Shown in pieces: positions 10,650 through 22,300 of a stretch of DNA of 64,000 nt. A program made the position numbers and the translations under genes. Within the stretch, counting starts at the first letter, position 1. The number at the start of each line of letters is the position of its first letter. The stretch spans positions 16,912,661 through 16,976,660 of the forward strand of contig NC_068998.1 in assembly GCF_001194135.2 (NCBI RefSeq), given 5' to 3'. Under the pieces are notes generated by a model. It searched no databases. It was not told the origin of the DNA and worked only from the letters and a program-made list of their open reading frames with translations. Origin of the DNA: Octopus bimaculoides. Its lineage: Eukaryota.

Positions 10650-13625
10650 TAGAAATGGTCTCTCCTACATTATGATATCCCTAGCAACGCCTTCTCGTTG
10701 GTGAACCCCAGTTTCTACAGACCTTGTCACATCTTAGCATGATAAAGTATCTGGAGGTATAACTGGATGGGTTGATTGGACACAACCTTACTTGGCAATC
10801 AGCCTAAGATAAGGACAACTCTGACTTTAAACCGGGGCAGATGCAACTTGTTAACCTCGTCAGATCATTTACATAGAAAACAGAAACTCCAACGTAACAC
10901 CAACGATTCAAGGATCTTGTCACTGTCTAGCTCGCTGGGTCACGTTAGACGGATAGGGTCAGCAAAGTACACGTTGCTCTCCTGCTAAAATAGAATAATT
11001 AACAGTACAAGCCAAAGGACACATCCACGTCTACACCCACCCTCTTTGATCATTGAATAAATTCTGTGGCGATGGGAAGGTGAAGGAGAAAAGGCTGATG
11101 AAAGGTGACACTGGAAGCCACAGTCTTGATCCTTCAATCAGGTGGTTCAGAGGTACGTGTCGATAGATGTTGACCCAGAAACGACATCATCTGACAGCTC
11201 ACTGAACGACGAAGCGACCTTCCCAAAGAACAACACTATTTGCTCCAAATGTAGGAGAGGAACTAAAAAAAAGGAGGCCTAATTAAAGTTAGTTTTCATT
11301 CCTCCACCTACTCAGTAGACTGACCGTAGTCAACGAGCATCGTCAAATGCGATCAAATAGCAACAACAAACAACCAGTAAATACACGTCTTTTGTTTAGA
11401 TGTACAGGAATTAAAACTAGAATTTAGAAACATCAGAACCATGCTCGATACATCAGAGAGAGAGCAATCTCTCAAGCGGACGCTCTGCTCTGGTTGCGCA
11501 TGAACTTTGAGACTGAATGTTGATATCGTTGCTCTTCATGAAGTTCATTTCCAAGAGGAGAGTAACTTTCAATAACTTTGTGCTGCCTACATTGAAAGAC
11601 ACCTTTTTGAGTTGGTTTCATGATCAGGAACACAACTGCTTCGAGGCTGGAAAACCTGCCAATGAGTCACTCCAATCACATCATCTCCAAGCGCCGCTCA
11701 ATTCAAACCGAGTAGCATACGACAATCTTCAGTATGTGTATCCCCAACTCTTCAAGTAGATACTGTAGGAAAAGTCAAGCTTTAGAACAATAACGAACTG
11801 CACAACCTAATACGGAACACCACTACAGGTAACAACGTTATCATTCTTGGCTACTTTAATGCCAGACAAGGTAATGAATCAGAGACCTAGATAAGAGTAC
11901 TTGGCGAACATCGCGTTGGAAACTATAATCACAAGGAGCGCCTTCTACTGGAGTTCAGTGTAGAGCAGCAGTTCACCATCACCAACATTATCTTCCAGCA
12001 GGAAGACAACCTGAATGCATCATCAGTCTTAGAATTGGCATCTCATAGACTACAGCTTGGTGACTCAGAAAGGCCCGCGGGACATCTTACACACTCAGAG
12101 CATGCAGAGTGTCATACGTGCACTCGTCTTGTTTGCTACAAACTCAGTCCTTTCTTTTTAGACCTGAACCAAAGAAAAGAGGTGTAGCGGCTCGTCCTTC
12201 AGAGGCATTCAAGAAAGATATTTCAGATTGGCAAGTTTCAATCTGAAGTGCAAGCTGGTTTCCCGGCGAATCTTTAGTCAAGGCTTAAGGATCTTACCTA
12301 CCGTACAAATTCATCTTCGGAAGCACTTTGTAAACATTTAAAAATTACCTTCAGCACGTACATCCCCAACTCTGAAGAATGAATGGAGATCTAGCGTTGC
12401 ACAACAAACTCCATAAATTCTGTATCTGCTGCTGGGAACAAGGCAAAATACCACAAGGTCTTCGCGAGGCAATTATCATCACCTTGCACATGAACAAGGG
12501 AGAAAGTCCGACTGCTTCAACTACTGGTGAATAATTTCAACTCTCAATTGCAAGGAAAATTTCTCGCAAAAATGTTCCTAAACAGGCTCCTTCTAGAGAA
12601 CTAATGTGTATTCAGAACCAACAGGAGGATCACTGATACATATTTGTTCTTTGGAAGCTCCAAAAGAAATGCAGGGAACAAAACAGGAGACTGTTTAGAG
12701 ATACTTGTAGATCTTACCAAAGCGTTCCATACTGTGAGTAGGAAGAATCTGTAATCAATCATGGAAAAAGTGGGATGACTCCCCAAATTCCCCAACATGG
12801 TCATCTACATGAGGATTGGTATGGTCAAGGCAGACACAGCAACGAATTCACAAAGCCCTTCCTCCTAGGGAACTGTGTGAAGCAGTGCTGCATCTTCAGG
12901 CCCACACTCTTCATCACCTTCACCGTGATGCTCGCAGAAGTCACTGAAGATCTCGATGAAGAGGAGAGTTCCTTAATACGACACTGCACCAATAGCAGCC
13001 CGTTCAACCTGAGACGATAGCAGATCGTAGGTTACCTGTCCTTACCACCTGAGACTCCTTGAGCGTTTCCAGCAGGGGTCCGCTCTCAACATCCACTGGA
13101 GTAACTGTTATCAACACCGGCGTCCTCAAAGAGGTGGGAGTCACCAGTATCGAAGTAACGTTGTTAAAATCACAGTTGCAGTGGGTAGGAAATGTTTCAA
13201 GAAAGGAGGATCATCGCCTGCCTAACACTGTGCTGTGTATTGAACTCCCCATATGCCACTGTGACAAAGGCTCACCAAAGAAAAAAAAAAAAACCGTACA
13301 AGGACATCTCAAAGAAAATTCTTGGAGCTTGTCCCATTGATCATCAACATTGGTCTACTATAGCCGCTAATTATGACGCTAGGCGACATCCCACCCACAA
13401 ATTTGTCTCTTCTCTCGACAATGAATGTAGGGCTATCATTGAGAATAAAACAATTAAAGAAGAACTATGGCACAGCAACAATCGAGCCCTGAACAGAACC
13501 TTCATTATAGATATTGCACCTGGATCTTCCCATTCCCTGTCAGCCTAGTTAGTCACCAATGAACCTGCAGTCGTCGTAGACAGCTCCCTTCGAGTACTAT
13601 AGTTCACGAAGTGAAGCAGTACGAT
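10650..13625 (+). mobile_element. Degenerate, near full-length RTE-clade LINE (APE endonuclease plus RT, many frameshifts and stops); 5' boundary approximate
   Basis: Fragments read RNIRTMLDT, LNVDIVALHEVHF, ILGYFNAR, LLLEF...ITN, NWHLIDY, GNCVKQCCIFRPTLF, QLQWVGNVSRKEDHRLP, YKDISKKILGAC; these are typical RTE ORF motifs. Confidence 0.85.
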
Positions 13626-14527
13626 AGTCTGTAAGGGCCACAACTCAACATTTACTGTAAACAAAATCTGAAAAATATTTCCCCATGAAATATATTATGC
13701 ATTAAATTATTAAAATATTTTAAAACATAAGGCCTCGCGGAAGACTGTTGATTTGATGAAAGTTGGGAACCGTTGTCTTACAGAATCGCTTGACCTGCAA
13801 TAAATAGCAGCAAAAGCTCCTTCGAATCACTCCCCACAAACGAGAAACAATTGGTGCTACTACATGGATCCAAATACATTTCAGAGTGTCAGAATGATCA
13901 CCAGTATAGTCGTTGATTTCGTCATCATTGTTGTGATTATCTTCATTACCATCACCATCATAGTCGTTGTCGGTTTCACCACCGCCACCACCACCACCAC
14001 CAACAACAACATCACCGAAGGAGCCTCTACGTGGTCGTTCGACCTATTAGAAAAATTACCCCCAAATATCTGCAATATATCATACCGTCTTTAAAAAGGA
14101 ACACATTTGACAAAGAAGTCTCTGATATACAAAGATATGGTTGGTTACAGCTGGTTCATGTACTCAAACGGTACATAACTGGGACAAATCAACAACCACA
14201 ACAACAAACCTAACCAGCAATCACTAAAGTTTCAACACTTGTATCCTAAAACTGAATTAAAAGGAAATCATAAAAATGGCTTGTTTTGTTTATATTAAAA
14301 TTTATTATTTTTTTTTCCTTCTTAATGTAAATTTGGCAGAAGCTTCACAGGCGGAGTGAGCTTGTGTTTACATCGGAAACTTATTAAATATCGTATAATC
14401 TCTGAATACTTAGTGTTAATTAAATATCGTGCACAATATATATAAATAGATATACATTTATATATTAAAAATACATATGTATATATTGAATAATAAATAA
14501 AGAGACGGATTTTTTTTTGTTTTGTAA

Positions 14528-14860
14528 ACTTACTATATAGCATAAGTCTGAGTCCACGACTCTATGGCAACTAGATTGCTTCGTATCGTCGTCAGCAACA
14601 ATTGTCAGGGAGACATTTTGACGCTACTTAATACAGAAGTAAATGTTTCTCTCACAGCCATTGGTCAAAACTAATTCGGTGTTATGGCAACTAGAATGTC
14701 ACAATTAGTTGACTTCAGAGCATTTGTTACAGTTGTTAGTGTTGTTGTCTCCGGATCAGTATCAATCCAACAATTATGTTATGGAAAAGGCATATTAGCA
14801 CAGACATCTTTCTTTCTATATACATACGTCTACGTAAGCCGCATCGCAGTAGATTGGCTC
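14528..14860 (-). promoter_or_regulatory. Putative ELMOD3 promoter and non-coding first exon, with two RFX X-box-like motifs and two CCAAT boxes
   Basis: Locally CpG-rich. GACTCTATGGCAAC at 14558-14571 and GGTGTTATGGCAAC at 14678-14691; ATTGG at 14660 and 14853; minus-strand donor GTAAGT at 14533-14528. Confidence 0.55.
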
Positions 14861-15481
14861 ATCGTTAGCGCGTCGGAGAGACGCAAAAATGTTAGAAAAG
14901 TAAAACGCCTCTTTATGTTTTGAGTTCAAATCTCGTCGTAGTCAAACTTGTTTTTCGTCCTTATGGAGTCGTTAAAATAAAATTAGATGGAATTATAACA
15001 GAAGACAAGATGATATGTCCTTATTTTTATCAAGGTAGTAGGTTGTGATTTCTTGGTGTCTTTGTCTAGGAGATCTGCACACAGACTTCCCAGCTGGTGC
15101 GTCTCACACGGGTCCTACTATTGAAACTTTAGTGGTAGTTATTTAGGCTATTATTTAGTATCAGATTTGTTCTGATTGAGTTGAACTATGATAAAATGTC
15201 CAGCCTAACCGTCCAGTCTTTTTGTATACCAGGGACTACACTGTCAAATGTGTTTTATTCGTCTTAAAATGGTATAGTTTATTTGAGGTATTTTAGGTTG
15301 CTATATCTAGCAAGTCGAACCACAGCAGTATCTAGCAGGTCGAACCACTGCTACATCTAGCAGGTCTCTTTCAGTTTGGGTGGTGGTGTGGTGCTGCTGT
15401 TGTTGATGCATCATCATCATTTTTATGGATTGAATAGAACTGTTTGAGCCAGTGTTTTATAGTTGTACGCCATTGCTGGCC

Positions 15482-15882
15482 TTAACCCTTTTAGTTGCCT
15501 CACTGCATTCATAAACGCGGTGTACCTGTTCTAAAAACCAGGAATACTTTTAATAGATTAAAGGTTAACGAAAGGCAAATAGCCAAATGAAAGCGGCTAA
15601 ATAAACGCGGTAGGGAACTTTTAAATCAACGATCTAATGAAGAAGCATGGTATCTATGCGGTCGCTTGACATTCACTGTGAAAAAATTACAGTGTTCAGA
15701 GCCTCGTCGACTTAACATATGGGAAGTGTGGCAGGCTGATAATTATCATTGGTTTCCTTTTTGTACTTATTTATAATGAAAATAATAAAAATTACTCTTA
15801 AAAAAAGAAAAAAAAATGTTTTTTGTCTTTTGCCCGTTTGGCACACACGTACATGCAACACTGCCCGCCGTTAAAAGGTTAA
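15482..15882. mobile_element. Possible second TTAA-bounded MITE
   Basis: Starts TTAACCCTTTTAG and ends GTTAAAAGGTTAA; no second copy seen in the window. Confidence 0.45.
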
Positions 15883-16200
15883 AGCAAGCAACAGATTAAG
15901 TCTACTACCCAAGTAAGCCCCGACAGGATTTGAACTCAGAATGCAAAAGGTTGGAAGAGTATCAAAAGTCATCATGTATGACGTTTCTACACAGTGCCAC
16001 CAAATGGTATTTATTTTAGCGAGATTAACTTAAGCGATAATTGAATATAGAGCAGTGATAATTTCTTCTTAAAACGATGCAATAATTATATCTTGATTTT
16101 TAAGCAAATAAAATTATATTTTAAGGTATGTTTTATTAAAAAATAGATATTCCTGTACTTGTTGATAAACCTATGTGAGAATATCTCCGCAGCAATTAAA

Positions 16201-16303
16201 ATGGCGCTGTCCAGGACGAACTGTTTAAGGACGACGGGGTTAATTCGTTCTGTAGAATTATTAAGTCGTATCAGTTCTCCCCAGAATTTATTGGAGGCTA
16301 ACA
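16201..16303 (+). CDS. MRPS18C: MRPS18C-like exon 1 (MALSRTNCLRTTGLIRSVELLSRISSPQNLLEAN)
   Basis: aaaATGGCG start context, donor A|GTAAGT. Confidence 0.8.
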
Positions 16304-19300
16304 GTAAGTGCGATATTTCTATCTATTCATAAGAATCCATATTTTTAACACTCCTCTATTTTATTTTGTATTTTGTCCCTCATATCACTTACTCTGTTGG
16401 TAAGGTCAATGCTCCGTGTGTAGATTATAAACAACGAAGTTTATATAATTAATAATTTCTTAGCCCATAAATTGATCTTATATAATTAATAATTTCTTAG
16501 CCCATAAATTAATCTTGCATCAAAGTGAAGGCATTAAATTGATATACTCTGCGTTTCCCCCAAACAAGTTTATAACTTATCTATATGTCGTTTTCATTTT
16601 TCGCTATGAAATGTGGGTTGTGGTTTTATAAGAATAGGAAGAATGACAACAAAATTGTTGTGAGCATGAGCGTCGTATACAATGCATTGGTTATATAGGC
16701 ATAACTACAGGGTTTTACCTTATGACCTCCCAAAGTCTGGGGGGTAAAACCCTGTAGTTATGCCGGTTACCCTGTAGTTATGCCGGTTATATAATTGAAG
16801 AAATACAGGTAATACACAATGAAAACCTGGTTGGAGTAGTAGACAACGACTCGAAATTTAGAAAGCGCTTGGCAGAGAAAATATAAGCAACATGTTGACT
16901 TGAATTATAAAGAGTTAATTTCATATTTTATATTCGTAAAGTCATAGTAATCCAAAAAGTATTTGTATAGATATTTCATAATTGTAAGTGATACACACTG
17001 CGAACAGCTAGTAAAATTTTTTTGCGTTGTTGAAGAGTACTTGGGACATTTTCATAGAATGTGCAATAAACTCAACATTTGTGAGGGCGGTTGAAAGAAG
17101 ATTGGACCATCTTTCTTCGATGGGTATGATTTTAGGCATTGGTTCTCAAGTTGAGAAATACCAGCTTCATTCACACCCGAAAAAAAAAAATCAGTGAATT
17201 AAAGAGAAGAGGTGTTTGTTTTCCATGCTGGCTTGGGTCGGATGGTTTGACAGTAGCTGGCCAGCTGAAGAGCTGTCCAGGCTCCATTTCTGTTTCGGTA
17301 CGATTTCTGTGGCTGGATGTCTTTCCTAATGCCAACCACATAAGAATGCACTGGGTGCTGCTTTTATGCAGCACCAGCATGGGTGCATTTATGTGGCACA
17401 AGCACCCATGAGCCTGTAAGATTAGAATTGCCTAACTGAAGAGGGATGCAAGGGATGTACCTGTATACAAGAACAGCCAGGATTTTGCTTAGCTTGTTGA
17501 GTCTTCTCCAGCACAATCAACCGCCAGAAGTCTCAGTCCCTTGTTATCACCTCTGCGAGACCCATTCATCTAATTCTTTTTTCTTTGCCATGGTATTGAA
17601 GTTTACCTCTTTAGCATTCAGATTACTCTGTCAAATGTAATGCTTATTTATTCACATTGCTTTGAATTAATTGTGAATTACCTCATAGTTTTGAGATTTC
17701 AGTGATATGATTGTTTATTTTTAGAGTGACAGTGTAGGGTAGGTATAAGAGGCTGGACCTGACCAGTTTGAACAAAAGAACAATATTTGGGCCGGATACG
17801 GCCAGTTTGAATGCTGCAGGATTAAAAAGTTTAAAACCATCTTAATCTTGGTGATGACCTTGTCTGACAAGTGATCTCATCTGTTTAGAATTAATCCTGC
17901 ATTATTTCATAGCTTTGAGATTTTGATGATGCCATTATTCATTTTAGAAGGACATTGTAGAGTAGGTGTGAAAGGCCTGACTTGGTTGATTTGGACATAA
18001 AACAGGTAGGATATTTTGGGCTGGATATAGCTGGTTTAAATGCTAGAGAATTAAAACCTGTTTCTTTTGCTTTCCTTCTTTCAGAACTGGTTCAGATACC
18101 ATGTCTGTCTTTGACAATAGTCAAAAAGAAGCCGATTTCAGAGCGGAGATATAAAACACCATTAAAGTTTCTACCCAAACATCCTTTCATGGAGCCACAT
18201 ATAGAACATAACCCTGAAGAAATTACAAAACTTTTAAAAGAATATAAAGAGAATGAGGTGAGTGAGATGCTTTATTTTGTGGTTTAGCACCCAAGTCATC
18301 TGTAGTCGAGCAGTCTTATGAGTAACAGCATTTCAGCTGTAACTTGCAGATTTTTTTTTAACCCTTTAAGCATTCAGATAATTTTATCAAATATTATGCC
18401 TATTTATTCTGGATGCTTTCAATTAATCATGGATTATCTTGTAGCTTTGAGATTTTCATAATGTGATTGCTTTTTTTAAAAGGACATTGTAGGATAGGTG
18501 TGAGAGGCTGTATCTGGCTGGTTTGAACATAAAACATATAGTATATTTTGGCTGGATATAGCTGGTTTGAATACTGAAGAATTAAAGCATAAGGTGTGAC
18601 TTGTGGGAAATTTAATTGATATTTCTTGCAGGTCGTCATTCTCATCATCATCATTTTAATGTCTACCTTTCCTTGCTCATGGTTTAGACAGTTAGTTGAG
18701 GCAGATTTTTTTTGTAGGTGGATGCCTTTCCTGTTGCCAACCTTCACAAGTTTCCAAGTAACTTTAATAATTTTCCATGGCTAGACATGTTTTCATGAAG
18801 GATTGGAAATAAAAGACATTGCTTATATGTTGGCGACGCTTGTTCACAACTATCACGATGTCAAGACAAGGAGACACTATCACACACACGCACACACACA
18901 TGATGGGCTTCTTTTCAGTTTCCATCTACCAAATCCACTTTCAAGGCTTTGGTTAGCTTGGGGGCTGCAATAGAAGACACTTGCTTAAGAAGCAAGCTTC
19001 ATAACCACACAGCTATGCCAGCACTTAAGCTGAATAGATCCCCTGACCCAATTCCTCATTGAGAGTCGTGGGTGACAAATAGAGCACCAGGCAATATTTT
19101 GCAGCATTCAGTAACATTTATTTAATAAGTACCACCTTTCCTGTGCTGTTACAAGAAATACCAGTCATCTATTGAGGTTGAGACAGTCAACTAAATACCT
19201 TCCTACGAATTCTAAGATCTTGTTTATTAGAAATCAATATTGTGGTTTTTATATTCCGGGTTGTGGCAATTTTCTAATTACTAATCTGAATAAAATGTCA

Positions 19301-22300
19301 AAAGTTGTGTAGACGCAGGAGTGGCTGTGTGATAAGTAACTTGCTTACCAACCACATGGTTCCAGGTTCATTCCCACTGCGTGGCACCTTGCGCAAGTGT
19401 CTTCTACTATAGCCTTGGGCCAACCAAAGCCTTGTGAGTGGATTTGGTAGATGGAAACTGAAAGAAGCCTGTCGTATATATGTATATATATATATGTGTG
19501 TTTGTGTGTCTGTGTTTGTCCCCCCCAACATCGCTTGACAACCAATGGTGGTGTGTTTACGTCCCCGTAACTTAGCGGTTTGGCAAAAAGAGACCGATAG
19601 AATAAGTACTAGGCTTCCAAAGAATAAGTCCTGGGGTCGATTTGCTTGACTAAAAGCGGTGCTCCAGCATGGCTGCAGTCAAATGACTGAAACAAGTGAA
19701 AGAGTATTCATTAAGGTGGATTCTTTGTAATAAACAACGAGATATCTGTTCATCATTATCATTGCTCGCATGGGTCATACAAAATTTGTTGAGGTAGATT
19801 TTCTGTGACCAGATGCCTTTCCTGTTGCCAAGTAAGGCAATTATTTCCCTATAACCAGACTTGTTTCTCATGGAAAGCTGTAAATGGAGGACACAGCTTG
19901 CATGACTGTGTGTGTGACACTAACTTAAAGCTATCACATGGTGTCAAGACAAAGGGACACTAACTCATGCACACTCACACACATATATGAGGAGGTACTG
20001 AGTAGTTCCTGGCTTTGGGTAAAAGAAAATACAGGAGGATCAGTTAATTATGGTTTTATTCAACATATTCCCCTCTCAAATTCATACACTTATTGCAATG
20101 GTCCTTCAGTTTTCCTAAGTCCTGTAAAAGAACTTGGAAGGTTGGGCCTCCAACCAGACCTTTCATGATGCCCTTAAGGCCAGGAACTTTTCAGCACCCA
20201 CTGATATATGACAGACTTTTCTCAGCTTCCATCTACCAAATCCACTCACAAGGCTTTGGTTAGACTGGACTATAACAGAAAATGCTTGCCCAGGGATTTA
20301 ATAAAATAACTTTGTTCTTAATAAGTCAGTGATTGGAACATAACTTAAAAAGTTCACAACTAATTACAACAGAATATTATAACCTAGATATGAACAGTGT
20401 AAAACAGTAAGTAGAATCAGTGATGATTTCAGGTAGATATCAACCTAATATCAATCAAAAGGTTAAATCTTTCAATAGCCTGAACAGTTATTATCTGCTT
20501 GTGTTCAGTCTCTCACACAGTAAATAGAATTTTATTGATATCTTGTAATTGTTTAGTTTTGTTTTAATAACTACACAACACAAATAATTAAAAGTGTTCT
20601 TGATTTTTTTGTTTTTTAGCCTGTATCCACAATGCCAAATCCTTACGCAAAGCCATACAAGAGATGTATTTTGTGTCAACATGATGTAAAACTAGACTAC
20701 AAGGTAAGATATTGTTGAATAAACTACACGTAACACATGTATTTTACAGCCGGTATTGTAATATTCTGTATTTTACAGTATATGACAATACAGGCTGTAG
20801 ATTATATGATGCATATAAAAAAATATACTGTAAGACATGTAAATTTTATGAATATTTTATGTATGACCGATGTGTAGTTGTTAAAGCTTTATAAAGATGG
20901 TATTATTGTATGATAGATGCGGGCACGGCAGTGTGGTAAGAAGTTTGCTTCAATCCCACTATGTGGGATTTTTGGCAAATGTCTTCTACTATATCCTTGA
21001 GCTAACCAAAGCCTTGTGACTGGTTTTAGTAGACAGAGAATGAAACAAGCCTGTTGTATATGTATATATATCCTCATCATCATTTAGTGTCAGCTTTCAT
21101 TGCTGGCATAGGTTGGGCAGTTTCATTGAAACTGGTAAGCTAGCGAGCTGTACCAAGTTCCAGTCTGATTTGGCAGGGTTTCTAATATTATTTATTGAAT
21201 GAAAATTTTTAGGTGTAGGAGTGGCTGTGTGAAATAAGTAGCTTACTTACGAACCACATGGTTCCGGGTTCAGTCCCACTGCGTGGCACCTTGGGCAAGT
21301 GTCTTCTACTATAGCCTTGGGCCGACCAAAGCCTCGTGAGTGGATTTGGTAGACGGAAACTGAAAGAAGCCCGTCGTATATATATGTGTATGTGTGAGTA
21401 TATGTTTGTGTCTGTGTTTGTCCCCCAACATCACTTGACAACAGATACTGGTGTGTTTACGTCCCCGTAACTTAGCGGTTCGGCAAAAAGAGACCGATAG
21501 AATAAGTACTAGGCTTACGAAGAATATTTTCTCTATGTATTACAGATGTATTATATTGCCTCTCTGTGTATTATATATGTATTATAGTCTCTTTCTCTCT
21601 CTGTATTATGTTTATATTGTATTTGTGTGTATTACATAAGTATTGCCTATCTTTGTGTATTACACATTATATTGTCTCTCTTATGTATTATATTGTGATA
21701 TGTTAAAGACAGTTATAGAGTATAGCTCACCAATTTCTGGTTATATTTTCAGAATGTGCAGTTATTAAGTCAGTTTGTTTCACCATTCACTGGCCAGCTG
21801 CTCAACCGATCAATAACTGGTCTTTGTATACCGATGCAAAAGAAAGTTTCCAGGCTTGTTAAAACTTCCAGAAAGCTTGGTAAGTCACAATACATTTATC
21901 ACCTTTTTAACATCTCTTTGTATATCTGAAGGCAGTAAGCTGGCAGAATTGTCAGCACACTAGGGAAAATGCTTAGTGGCATTTCATCTATACTCTCTTC
22001 TACTCTTTTACTTGTTTCAGTCATTTGACTGCGGCCATGCTGGAGCACCGCCTTGGGAGGTCAGATCTGGCTAGTTTGAACATAAAACAAGTGGAATATT
22101 TGGGCTGGATATTACTGGTTTAAATGCTAAAGAATAAAAGTGATTTTTTTTAGTCATTTTTCAATCCTACAACTTACTGTTTGTTATTGTTGGTTTTACA
22201 GCATTTTTTCTAAGCTAGCATGGGGTTGATGAATACATATTGGGCCATTGTTTTACAACTGAGTACTTTTCTTGTCACTAATACTTACCTGTTTTTCAAG

